64,000 bases of DNA. Origin: Candidatus Multivoradales bacterium. Its GTDB lineage: Bacteria; Acidobacteriota; Thermoanaerobaculia; Multivoradales; JAHEKO01. Under the pieces are notes generated by a model, which saw only the letters and a program-made list of their open reading frames with translations, was not told the DNA's origin and did not search any database. A program made the position numbers and the translations under genes. This document shows positions 39,654-49,010 of the stretch, in pieces. Within the stretch, counting starts at the first letter, position 1. Each line of letters opens with the position of its first letter. Location of the stretch: NCBI GenBank assembly GCA_965248055.1, contig CBDFIJ010000004.1, positions 576,001-640,000 on the forward strand, in the 5' to 3' direction.

Positions 39654-40382
39654 TTAACCAATCTCATAGTCCTGACTTGCAACCAATACATGATGGCTGT
39701 ATTCAGCGAACAAGTTGGGCCACCATCTCATCCCCTGCTCCAGGAACCAACGCCGAATCGGTCCCCCAGCCAAGGGATTCTTGAGTGCAGCCCGGGTTTC
39801 GACCAACGTGAGCATTGGCGCCTCGGACTCCACCAAAGAAGAAAAATCCCTTGAATAGTCAAAGAAGCGAATGTGGAGTCCTTCCCCATCGTTAGTATGC
39901 AGCAGGTCTTTGCTTAGTCGCCCGCGTAGAAACGCCCATCGAAATTGCGCTTGAACCGCGTTGGGAAGGGTCACCAGCACTTTGCCGTTCGGCTTCAGCA
40001 CTCGAGCCGCTTCACGCAAGGCATGTCCAGGATCAAAGATGTGCTCAAGGCAACAGAGCATCGTCACCGCCTCTACGCTCGATTCTGCCAACGGAAACCG
40101 GTCTTTTGAAATATCGCAAGGGTGTACTTCTAAACCTTTCTCCGCTGCCCTCTGACGCGCACGATCTGAAACATCCAACCCCACAACCTGGCAACCCAAG
40201 TCGCGCACCAGCATCTCACCAAAAACGCCATCGCCACAGGCAGCGTCAAGAATGTGGCTCTCGGGAGTGATGTGGCCGGAAGCAAACGTCCATCGACTCC
40301 GCCAGCGCGATCGAAGAGTGGCGTACTGGGGCAACAACAGCTTCTGCTCCCAAACGCGATCGTAGTACTGCTCAATCATCAT
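39654..40382 (-). CDS. Class I SAM-dependent methyltransferase
   Basis: ILDAACGDG motif I, LEHIFDP, RVLKPNG. Confidence 0.88.
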   Translation of the reverse strand: MMIEQYYDRVWEQKLLLPQYATLRSRWRSRWTFASGHITPESHILDAACGDGVFGEMLVRDLGCQVVGLDVSDRARQRAAEKGLEVHPCDISKDRFPLAESSVEAVTMLCCLEHIFDPGHALREAARVLKPNGKVLVTLPNAVQAQFRWAFLRGRLSKDLLHTNDGEGLHIRFFDYSRDFSSLVESEAPMLTLVETRAALKNPLAGGPIRRWFLEQGMRWWPNLFAEYSHHVLVASQDYEIG

Positions 40383-41820
40383 TTACGTCTTTCGTTAGAT
40401 GGCGTAGCCAGATCGAGCGCGCGCGACCGAGATCATCATCAGAAAACCCTGCAACCTTGGGAAAAGGTTGTCCATAAGGTCGACAAGCATCGATCAAGAG
40501 GCGCGAGTTCAAACCACCGCTGTCCGGTCCAACAGCAGGGTCCAACGGCCCTCCCCACGTGCCACGCACAATGTCGACATCCTTTTGCGGATCGGATCGT
40601 GTGGCCATCGCCCACAACACGGATTCCAGATCGGTAGCGTCGATATCTTCATCCACCGCGACCAGGTAGCGCCCCATATACGCACCTGCTGGCAGTGATG
40701 CGGCAGCCATGAGAACTTGTCGTGCGTGACCAGGATGGGTTTGGCGCACCGACACTACGATAAACAAACGCGTGCCCCCAGCTGGATGGCACCAGACTCC
40801 GTGGATCTCGCCAATCCCAGCGTCCTCGAGTTGTTGCCACAATTGAGCCGAGCGAGAGACAGCCCAAAAGGTGGTCAACTCTGAAGGCGGCCGCGACGTT
40901 GCAATAGCGAGGATGATGGGATTGTCGCGATGATAGATCGCCTGTACTTCGATTAGCGGCTCCTCGCGAGCGGTACGACTGTAATAGCCGCTCCACTCAC
41001 CGAACGGACCCTCCTCGGCCATACGGTTGGTCAGAACTTCCCCTTCGATCACCAATTCAGAGTGCGAGGGAACTGGCAGGCCATGAATCGGAGTCGCGAT
41101 GGTCTCCAACTGCTGGTTCATCATGCCACCCCAAACATCGTACTCGCAGACACCGTAGGGAACGTTGAGCCCGCTGACCATCACCAGCGATGGGTCGTGA
41201 CCAAATGACATCGCAATCGGCAACCTCTGAGTGTCGGCCTCGGCCTCGGCGAAATGACGACGTGAGTCTTTGCCGGCTGAAACCCGATAGAAGACATGTT
41301 TCTCATCATGCACCATGACACGAAAAGTACCCACGTTGACGGATCCATCTTTCGGAGAACGAGTGACACCCAGTGTGGCTGTTCCCAGATAGCGTCCGCC
41401 GTCGCCAGAGCGCCACTGCGGAGCAGGAAACGCCACCACGTTGACATGCTCACCATTAATCCTATTGTCCAAAACCGGCCCCGACTCAACGACTGTGTAT
41501 TCACGAGGTGGAATCTCACCTTGGCGCTGTTTCCACGCTCGCACCGTGTCCAACCCGTCGAGGCCTGGGGGAAGCCCTGCGCTGCGGGCAACACGGGTCG
41601 CTGAAGCAAGGCTGTTCACCAGTACCCGATGTCCCGCCGGGTAACCTGGAATATCGTCAAACAGCAATGCTGGCGGATGCGTTTTCCGACCCGCGATCTC
41701 CGCAACAGCACCCATTTCGACTTGCCACTGGACGCCGCGGAGCGTTTCCAATTCTCCGTCAGCGTCGGTATCTCTCAGCCACCGACGCAAGTCTTGTTTC
41801 ATCGCCGGATCAGGGGTCAA
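40372..41820 (-). CDS. UbiD-family prFMN-dependent (de)carboxylase
   Basis: NVGTFRVMV, EEGPFGEWSGYY, VDEDIDA...WAMATR. Confidence 0.92.
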   Translation of the reverse strand: MTPDPAMKQDLRRWLRDTDADGELETLRGVQWQVEMGAVAEIAGRKTHPPALLFDDIPGYPAGHRVLVNSLASATRVARSAGLPPGLDGLDTVRAWKQRQGEIPPREYTVVESGPVLDNRINGEHVNVVAFPAPQWRSGDGGRYLGTATLGVTRSPKDGSVNVGTFRVMVHDEKHVFYRVSAGKDSRRHFAEAEADTQRLPIAMSFGHDPSLVMVSGLNVPYGVCEYDVWGGMMNQQLETIATPIHGLPVPSHSELVIEGEVLTNRMAEEGPFGEWSGYYSRTAREEPLIEVQAIYHRDNPIILAIATSRPPSELTTFWAVSRSAQLWQQLEDAGIGEIHGVWCHPAGGTRLFIVVSVRQTHPGHARQVLMAAASLPAGAYMGRYLVAVDEDIDATDLESVLWAMATRSDPQKDVDIVRGTWGGPLDPAVGPDSGGLNSRLLIDACRPYGQPFPKVAGFSDDDLGRARSIWLRHLTKDVNDD

Positions 41821-43331
41821 CTGGCAAGATTCAAAGACTGCCAGAGGGCGTCGACCCGGGCTTCAACCGCGTCATCTTTGGTCACCCGCCTCATCACCTT
41901 CAGACCCAGTGGAACCGTGCAATCGACACCCATGAAAGGCCGGACATTGATCGGCAACTCCGCAGCCCCGTCGTAGACCCCAAGCTTGCTAGTCGCTCCC
42001 ATCTTCCCTTGAGCCAAAGGATCAATCGTCATACCCAACACGTTGGGAATCACCGTAAGGTCACGATCTCCCATGAAACGATGAGCCAACGCCCAGTCGC
42101 GCTCGTGGGGATTGTGAATATCAATGTCATCGTCGTAGACAAACACATGCTTGCAGAACCCGCCCAGAGCGGTGTAGGCGCGCATCATTGCCAGCTTGGG
42201 CTCACCCACCCGACCCTTCTTCATCGAAACATGAACCGTGAAACCGCAGCCCGCTGCCGGATCTGCAAACACGTCATGAACGTTCGGCAGAACCGCCTTG
42301 AGATCGAGAAAAACTTTCACCGAACGAAAAAACGCCGCGATGGTGTTGCACTCATTGAGCGGATGGCCGATATGCACGTGTTGGTAGATTGGGTTATTGC
42401 GCATAGTAATTGCGGTGACATCGAAAATCGGCCTGCGCCGAGGCTCATCGTAAAAACCGTTAAACGATGCGAAACGTCCCTGCGCCCCCCAATTGAAGGG
42501 TTTGAACACTCCTTCAACAACGATCTCTGAACTCGCCGGAACATCCACGTCTATGGTCTCGCACTTCACCATCTCCACCGGCTCACCGTGAATTCCACCA
42601 ACAAAGGCAAAGTCATCCGAGTCGTGAGGCAAGCCAGGGTTGGCTCCAGCCAACAAGAACGCTGGAGTCACACCCAATACATAGGCCATTGGAAACGCTT
42701 CCCCATTCTCCTTGTCCCATGTCGATGGGTCGTCTTCCGGGGTGGAACCCCAAGAATCCGCGATACTTCGTGCATCTCCTGTCAGTCGGAAAACCCATAC
42801 CGGACCGCTGTTGGGGCTCTGTACTTCAAACCGGTGATAGGAAAGATTGTGCCCATGCTGCGAGGGCTTCGAACACGCCAAACTGCTGATGAACCGACCA
42901 TCTAACGACACTTTGGAGCCGCCGTCTTCTGGGTTGAGGCGCGGAATGGGCAGCTTAGTAAGGTCGACATCGTCACCGCTGAGAATGATTTCTTTACAAG
43001 GTGCTTTGTCTGAATCAACCCGCACCGGCGCAATGCCCTTGGTTTGCATCACTTGCGCCATTTTCGCGGCGACTTCGGGCACTGCGTTGTTTTCCGATAC
43101 GCCGAACGTCTGAGCGATCCGGGAGTGACTCGCACCCAAGGTGTTGGCCAAGACCGGGATATCGAATCCCTTGGGATTCTCAAACAACAAGGCCTTGTGC
43201 AAGCCTTGATAGTCAGCGCGCGCGATCATCGCTCCCATGTCATCAAGTGTGTCTACCTCTTGCTCGATCCTGAGCAATTGGCCACTCGCTTCCAGATGTT
43301 CCAAATAGGACCGCAGGTCGTTCTTGCTCAT
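41817..43331 (-). CDS. Divergent UbiD-family protein
   Basis: DLRSYLEHLE, ALLFENP, VPASSEIVVEG, YDDDIDIHN; the EGPFGE motif is replaced by QGRFAS. Confidence 0.88.
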   Translation of the reverse strand: MSKNDLRSYLEHLEASGQLLRIEQEVDTLDDMGAMIARADYQGLHKALLFENPKGFDIPVLANTLGASHSRIAQTFGVSENNAVPEVAAKMAQVMQTKGIAPVRVDSDKAPCKEIILSGDDVDLTKLPIPRLNPEDGGSKVSLDGRFISSLACSKPSQHGHNLSYHRFEVQSPNSGPVWVFRLTGDARSIADSWGSTPEDDPSTWDKENGEAFPMAYVLGVTPAFLLAGANPGLPHDSDDFAFVGGIHGEPVEMVKCETIDVDVPASSEIVVEGVFKPFNWGAQGRFASFNGFYDEPRRRPIFDVTAITMRNNPIYQHVHIGHPLNECNTIAAFFRSVKVFLDLKAVLPNVHDVFADPAAGCGFTVHVSMKKGRVGEPKLAMMRAYTALGGFCKHVFVYDDDIDIHNPHERDWALAHRFMGDRDLTVIPNVLGMTIDPLAQGKMGATSKLGVYDGAAELPINVRPFMGVDCTVPLGLKVMRRVTKDDAVEARVDALWQSLNLAS

Positions 43332-43362
43332 AGACCGATATTACTCCTGAGTTATTTTGCCC

Positions 43363-44664
43363 TTAGATCGACGCACTGACTCTCTTAAAACGCTGCGCCT
43401 TGAGTTCGTAACGAGGCAAACTGCCCGGCTCCGCTTGCGCCACCGCTACCCGAATATTGATCTGGCTGCGAAAGGCTTGGTGAAGCGCCGACTCGACCTG
43501 AGAAAATTCGCTGCCCGGGGCAGTCTCCACCTTCACCAACAGTTCATCAAGAGATCGTTGGCTCCGTATCTCAACCTCATACTCCACGATCGCCGGAAGG
43601 CTGCGGATCAAATTGTCGATGGCCGCAGGATATATATTGACGCCCCGAACCGTCAGCATGTCATCGGCGCGACCGAGCACGCCCCCCTCGATGCGAGACA
43701 GGTTCCGCCCACAGCCACACGGATCGTCGCTACGCACAACCAAGTCACCGGTTCGGTAGCGAACCACCGGCATCCCCAGGCGACCGAGAGTGGTGATCAC
43801 CAGCTCTCCCCGAGAGCCGTTTACCACCGGCTCCTCACCCGTGGGGTCTAGCACTTCAAAAAGGAACTCCAGTTCGTTCAGATGAACTGACAAGTTATTC
43901 ATCGTGCAACCGAACCCCCAGGCACCGATCTCCGTCGCCCCCGCGTGGTCATAAGCCTGAGCTCCCCACAACTCTTCGATTCGACGTTTGACGTTGGGCA
44001 CGCTGGCCCCTGGCTCTCCCGCATGGATTGTGGTGCGCACCGAACAGCCCGGCAAGTCGATACCCTCCGCGTCCGCAACCTCCGCAAGATACAACGCATA
44101 AGTGGGAGTCGACACCATCACCGTGACCTGATGGTCCAGAATCCTCTGCAGACGTTGTCCCGAGCTGAGACCACCGCCGGCGATGCCGAGGGCACCGATG
44201 GATCGAGCGCCCGCCAAGGAAGACCAGTGGGCGACGAACGGACCAAACGAGAACGCCAACAAGACAACGTCGTCCGAGGTCACCCCCGCGCCCCGAAATA
44301 CATGCCCCCAGCAGCGAACCCAGGTGGCCCAATCGTCCTCAGTATCCAACCACAACAAGGGGCTGCCGCTGGTACCCGAAGTTTGGTGCAGGCACCGATA
44401 CTGTGACCGGGGGTAGCTCAGCATCTTGCCGTAGGGAGGATCGAGGCGCTGCGATGCGACCAATTCCCCTTTGGTTGTGAAGGGCACATTCGCCAAGTCC
44501 TCTAACTGGCGAACTGACAACGGATCAATGCCAGCCTTGGAAAATTTCTCGCTGTAGAAAGGATTCTCCACTAGCACCCGCATCAGCTCTCGTAGCTTCC
44601 CCAATTGCAGATGCCCAAGATCTGCCCTCGGCAAGGTTTCTAGATGTTCGTTGTAATAACCCAT
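43363..44664 (-). CDS. Phenylacetate-CoA ligase (PaaK)-family aryl-CoA ligase
   Basis: PFTTKGEL, QTSGTSG, AGEPG, DHAGATE, RYRTGD, GRADDML...GVNIYP. Confidence 0.9.
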   Translation of the reverse strand: MGYYNEHLETLPRADLGHLQLGKLRELMRVLVENPFYSEKFSKAGIDPLSVRQLEDLANVPFTTKGELVASQRLDPPYGKMLSYPRSQYRCLHQTSGTSGSPLLWLDTEDDWATWVRCWGHVFRGAGVTSDDVVLLAFSFGPFVAHWSSLAGARSIGALGIAGGGLSSGQRLQRILDHQVTVMVSTPTYALYLAEVADAEGIDLPGCSVRTTIHAGEPGASVPNVKRRIEELWGAQAYDHAGATEIGAWGFGCTMNNLSVHLNELEFLFEVLDPTGEEPVVNGSRGELVITTLGRLGMPVVRYRTGDLVVRSDDPCGCGRNLSRIEGGVLGRADDMLTVRGVNIYPAAIDNLIRSLPAIVEYEVEIRSQRSLDELLVKVETAPGSEFSQVESALHQAFRSQINIRVAVAQAEPGSLPRYELKAQRFKRVSASI

Positions 44665-44830
44665 GTTCAACGCCAGAGGGTATGCGACAGAGCAACCGAT
44701 TGCCAAATGTAAGATCTCGCACCTTTGATAAACAAAGGACTGCCGCGACAGCATCGCAACTCGGAGCGGCCTGTACAATGCGGACCGCAGCGTCGATTTG
44801 AATGGGGCCGCGTGCCTCTTAGGGACTGTC

Positions 44831-46231
44831 ATGAACGCAACACCACCCGCCCGGAAAGTATGGCTCGGCCTTGTTAGCGCTTTGACTCTTGGGGCGCTCT
44901 TGCTGGCGATGCCTCGTCCAGCGGGCCTTGAGGAAGCTCCGTGGAGACTCTTGGTTTTGTTCTTCGTTGCGATTCTCTTGTGGGCGACGGAAGCATTACC
45001 TGTGGCAATCACCGCGCTGCTCGTGATCTTGCTCCAGCCGATGCTTGGAGTCGCCTCAATGCATCACGCAATCGAAGCATCCGCCAGTCCGGTGTTCTTC
45101 TTTGTACTCGCCATGTTCTGCCTGGCGGCCGCCATTCGTCAGACAGATTTGGACCAGCGGTTGGCTGACGCTGTTCTCGCTCGAGCGGGCACCAATAGCC
45201 GACGAGTGGTTGTCGGTTTAATGATCGGCACTGCGTTGTTATCGGCAATCATCTCCGACGTCCCAGCCTGCGCTTTGTTCATGGCGATCGCATGGGATCT
45301 GTTGCGTCGTCTTGACTTGCGTCCTGGCGAGTCCAACTTTGGCAAGGCGACCATGATCGGCATTCCAATGGCGGCCTTGATCGGCGGCGTCGCGACCCCG
45401 GCCGGCAGTTCAGTCAACATGCTCGGCATTCACTTCATCGAACAAACTGGAGGGGTTCGTATTCCTTTCCTGCATTGGATGATCATCGGTGTGCCCATGA
45501 CCTTAATCTTGATTCCCGCAGCTTGCTGGTTGGTCCTAAAGTCCTTCCCGCCCGAATTCGCGTACCTGCCCGAGGACCTATTCAAGAACCGAGATCAAGC
45601 ACAGCCGCTGAGTCCAGCGGGCAAGAGAACTCTAGCGATCCTTGGAACGCTCCTCGTGCTGTGGATCCTCGGCACCTGGGTACCCATCTTCTCGACACTG
45701 ACCGTCGCCCTCGCTGGCACCGTCGTTCTATTTCTCCCAATTGTTGGCGTCCTCACTTGGCAGCAGGCGCAAAAGGTCATTGGCTGGGACATCATGATGA
45801 TGATCGCCGGGGTTACCTCACTTGGTGCCGCTTCGGTTGATACCGGCTTGGCCCAATGGCTGGTCGACTCGGCACTCGGCGGACTAGCCGGTACTTCCGT
45901 ACCGATGCTGCTCGCCATCCTGGGACTGTTTACCGTTGCCATTCACCTTGCCCTGCCGATGGGGCCGGTTATCAACGTAGTACTCATTCCCCCGGTGGTG
46001 CTGTTGGCGCAGAAGGCCGGAGTCCATCCAGCCCTCTACGGGCTCCCTGTTGCGTTTACAGCCTCCGCTGCCTTTCTCTTGCCGATTGATCCGGTGTGTT
46101 TGCTCACTTACTCAAAAGGCTACTACCGGATGCTCGACATGGCACGGCCGGGAATCTGGCTGTCTCTGCTTTGGGTGGCTGTGCTAACTGGCCTGCTATT
46201 GGTGTTTACTCCGCTGCTGGGATTTCAATAA
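44831..46231 (+). CDS. SLC13/DASS family (di)carboxylate transporter
   Basis: LWATEALP, IGGVATPAGSSVN, AFLLP hairpin motifs, many TM helices; divergent from the ligase. Confidence 0.88.
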   Translation: MNATPPARKVWLGLVSALTLGALLLAMPRPAGLEEAPWRLLVLFFVAILLWATEALPVAITALLVILLQPMLGVASMHHAIEASASPVFFFVLAMFCLAAAIRQTDLDQRLADAVLARAGTNSRRVVVGLMIGTALLSAIISDVPACALFMAIAWDLLRRLDLRPGESNFGKATMIGIPMAALIGGVATPAGSSVNMLGIHFIEQTGGVRIPFLHWMIIGVPMTLILIPAACWLVLKSFPPEFAYLPEDLFKNRDQAQPLSPAGKRTLAILGTLLVLWILGTWVPIFSTLTVALAGTVVLFLPIVGVLTWQQAQKVIGWDIMMMIAGVTSLGAASVDTGLAQWLVDSALGGLAGTSVPMLLAILGLFTVAIHLALPMGPVINVVLIPPVVLLAQKAGVHPALYGLPVAFTASAAFLLPIDPVCLLTYSKGYYRMLDMARPGIWLSLLWVAVLTGLLLVFTPLLGFQ

Positions 46232-46245
46232 GTAGGTTCGCCGGG

Positions 46246-46287
46246 CTAGACGTTGAACTGAAAATGCACGACATCCCCTTCGGCGAC
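46246..46287 (-). pseudogene. ychF: Displaced 3' fragment of ychF, copy 2
   Basis: VAEGDVVHFQFNV* on the minus strand; 33/43 nt identical to 25453-25495. Confidence 0.65.
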
Positions 46288-46436
46288 CCAAAAGGGGGCG
46301 AGGCCCGATTCGGTTTCGGGCGAACCTCTACCGCAACGGCGGCATCGAACATCTGGCTCTGACTCCATACGCGATTCTTACCGCTATCCCTAGACTCAGG
46401 ATCAGCCGCACCCAACTGTCGATGGGCGTTCTGGAA

Positions 46437-47800
46437 GGATCCGTCCCGATTGTTGTGGAAATTGAGAAAGGCGTAACCTCCGGTAGTCAAAAACCGTCGC
46501 CGAGTAGGCGAAAGGAGGCTACGCCATGGACAAGAGTACCAATCAGAGACCGGAATCATCTCGTTTCCACCAAGATATTCAGTCAAAGCTTCAGCACCGT
46601 ATCCGGGAAGCAATCGAAATAGTTCTAGAAGAAGAGCTTGCTGACGCATTGGGTTGTGTTGCGTACGAGCGCTCAGATGAGCGCTCGGGCTATCGCAACG
46701 GCAAACAAGAGCGGACGATCACGACCCGATACGGATCCCGGCAACTGCGAATTCCTCGTGGTCGGGTAGTAGGCCAAGATGGATCCACTGAGGAGTTTCA
46801 AAGCCAGCTTGTTGAGCGCTACCAGCGGCGCACCCGAGAGGTGGATGAAGCGATTCTCGGCTGCTACCTAGCAGGGGCCAACAGCCGTCGGATCAAGAAG
46901 GCCTTGACTCCACTGCTGGGCAGGGAGCATCTATCCAAGAGCGCTGTGTCTCGGGTGGTATCTCGTTTGAAAGAGCACTTTGCCCGTTGGAGTGAACGAG
47001 GCCTGTCTGAGGAAAGCTACCCGATCTTGTTTCTTGATGGCTTTCACTTGAAAGTGCGGCTTGCTCGGCGAGTGGTGTCAGCTCCGGTGCTGGCTGCTCT
47101 GGGGGTAAGAGAAGATGGCACCAAAGTCCTGGTAGCTCTACGGTTAGCAGCCAGTGAGGCAGGCAGTCACTGGAAGTGGTTGATTGAAGATCTTAAACGC
47201 AGGGGCTTGAAAGCACCGCATCTCTTGGTCTCAGACGGCCACAAGGGTTTGGCGGTGGGAGTCAGGGCTTGGCCAGAGGCCAAAGTCCAGCGTTGTATCC
47301 AGCACAAGTGGGAAAACCTGAAGAAGCACTGCCCTAAGCATGCTCATGGTGAGCTCAAGCGAGACTGGGATCAAGTGGTGCGAGCCCAAGATGCCCTGGA
47401 GGCCCGAGAGAGCTATTCAATCTTTGCTGCCAAGTGGTCCAAGCTGGTGCCCGCAGTAGCCAGGAGTCTTCAAGAGGCTGGGATGGAACTGATCACTTTC
47501 TACGATCTACCGAGATCGTTGTGGCGATCCACAAGGACCACCAACGCGCTGGAGAATCTCAACCGTGAGTTTCGGCGCCGTACCAAGACCCAAGGCTCAT
47601 TCTCGACTGAGGCAGCGGGTGTTACCTTGCTCTGGGGACTCGTCGCTTTCGGTCAGATCAGGATGCACCGCATCAACGGCTACCAAGACTTGCACCGGAT
47701 GCTTGACCGTCAAGCAGCCGCGTAGCACTAGAATCAACTAAACCTGACCGCGGGAGACGCTACGCCAAATACCAATTTCCACAAGATTCGGGACACATCC
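46437..47800 (+). mobile_element. IS256-family insertion sequence (different from the first)
   Basis: IRs GGATCCGTCCCGATTGTTGTGGAAATTG and reverse complement GGATGTGTCCCGAATCTTGTGGAAATTG, 24/28; no target duplication seen. Confidence 0.88.
46526..47725 (+). CDS. IS256-family DDE transposase
   Basis: GYRNG, LFLDG, VSDGHKGL, QRCIQHK, TTNALENLNREFRRRTK. Confidence 0.95.
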   Translation: MDKSTNQRPESSRFHQDIQSKLQHRIREAIEIVLEEELADALGCVAYERSDERSGYRNGKQERTITTRYGSRQLRIPRGRVVGQDGSTEEFQSQLVERYQRRTREVDEAILGCYLAGANSRRIKKALTPLLGREHLSKSAVSRVVSRLKEHFARWSERGLSEESYPILFLDGFHLKVRLARRVVSAPVLAALGVREDGTKVLVALRLAASEAGSHWKWLIEDLKRRGLKAPHLLVSDGHKGLAVGVRAWPEAKVQRCIQHKWENLKKHCPKHAHGELKRDWDQVVRAQDALEARESYSIFAAKWSKLVPAVARSLQEAGMELITFYDLPRSLWRSTRTTNALENLNREFRRRTKTQGSFSTEAAGVTLLWGLVAFGQIRMHRINGYQDLHRMLDRQAAA

Positions 47801-47815
47801 CAAAATCCCCAACCC

Positions 47816-48988
47816 ATGTTCACCCTCCTCCACAACGCCCACCTCTACTCCCCCACTGACCACGGCACCGTCGATGTCCTGATCTCCAACGGGCGGATCG
47901 TCAAGATCGATTCGCCCCTAGACGGGCTGCCTCCCTGGCTGGAAGTCGAGGAGATCGACCTGGCCGGACGGACGGTGATCCCCGCCTTGGTGGACGGGCA
48001 TGTACACGTGACCGGAGGTGGCGGCGAGGCCGGGTTTGGCAGTCGGATTGCTCCGCCGCCAGCGTCGGCGTATCGAGCGGGAGGCGTAGGGACGATGGTT
48101 GGGGTGTTGGGCACTGATGACCTGACCCGCACGCCGCAATCGCTGGTCGCCTGGACGCGCGAGTTGGCGGCTCAGGGTCTGAACGCTTGGTGCCACACCG
48201 GGGGCTATCACCTGCCGCCAGCGACGCTAACCGGAAGTGTGCGCGGTGACATTGTCTGGATCGATCGGATGATCGGGATCGGCGAGGTGGCGATCAGCGA
48301 CCATCGCTCGAGCCAGCCGACGCCGCAAGCGTTGCGCGAGCTGGCGGCTGAGGCACATGTAGCGGGATTGATGACCGGCAAAGCGGGGCTGCTACATCTG
48401 CACGTGGGCGATGGCGATGCTGGGTTGGAGCCGATTCGCTCGGCGATGCACGGCAGCGAGCTTCCGGCGCGGGTTTTCAACCCCACCCATTTGAATCGAC
48501 GCAAGCGGTTGATGGACGACACCCTAGATCTGGCCGCCCGTGGATGCACCATCGACTTCACCGCATTTCCGGTCGAAGACAGCGAAGACGCCTACTCTGC
48601 AACACAAGCGTTGCAACTGTTTCTAGAGCGTGGGGGCGAGCCGAGCCGGGTAACCATCAGCTCCGACGGTGGAGGTTGTCTGCCGGTCTTTCGGGAAGAT
48701 GGATCGGTGCAGCACTTCGAGGTGACAAAAGCTGACGCGATGCTCGAAACTCTGCAAGAATTGGTGGGTTCCGGCATGGCGTTAGCCGACGCTCTGCCGG
48801 CTTTCACATCCAACCCGGCCCGTTTGCTACGACTTGGCACCGGCGTTCTCGCCGAGGGGAGTCGTGCCGATCTGCTGGTGCTGGATCAGACCGAATCCGG
48901 CGGGCCGGATCTGCTGGCTGGGATGTTTGCCGGCAAGTGGTTTGATCGACAAGGCAACGAAGCTCATGCCCCACTCCAAGAACAATAG
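47816..48988 (+). CDS. iadA: Isoaspartyl dipeptidase (beta-aspartyl peptidase)
   Basis: DGHVHVTGGGGEAG, GEVAISDHRSSQPT, HVGDG, PTH, SSDGGG. Confidence 0.93.
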   Translation: MFTLLHNAHLYSPTDHGTVDVLISNGRIVKIDSPLDGLPPWLEVEEIDLAGRTVIPALVDGHVHVTGGGGEAGFGSRIAPPPASAYRAGGVGTMVGVLGTDDLTRTPQSLVAWTRELAAQGLNAWCHTGGYHLPPATLTGSVRGDIVWIDRMIGIGEVAISDHRSSQPTPQALRELAAEAHVAGLMTGKAGLLHLHVGDGDAGLEPIRSAMHGSELPARVFNPTHLNRRKRLMDDTLDLAARGCTIDFTAFPVEDSEDAYSATQALQLFLERGGEPSRVTISSDGGGCLPVFREDGSVQHFEVTKADAMLETLQELVGSGMALADALPAFTSNPARLLRLGTGVLAEGSRADLLVLDQTESGGPDLLAGMFAGKWFDRQGNEAHAPLQEQ

Positions 48989-49010
48989 AGCGATCAAAGA
49001 GGAATGAACC

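Noticed and set aside
41508-42530. Long antisense ORFs (e.g. 41508-42530, 14124-15059, 50048-51058, 21017-21784)
   Set aside because: They are shadows of well-supported genes on the opposite strand in GC-rich DNA and have no motifs.
25911-47800. Composite transposon formed by the two IS256 elements
   Set aside because: The transposases and IRs are clearly different sequences and no shared flanking target duplication is visible.
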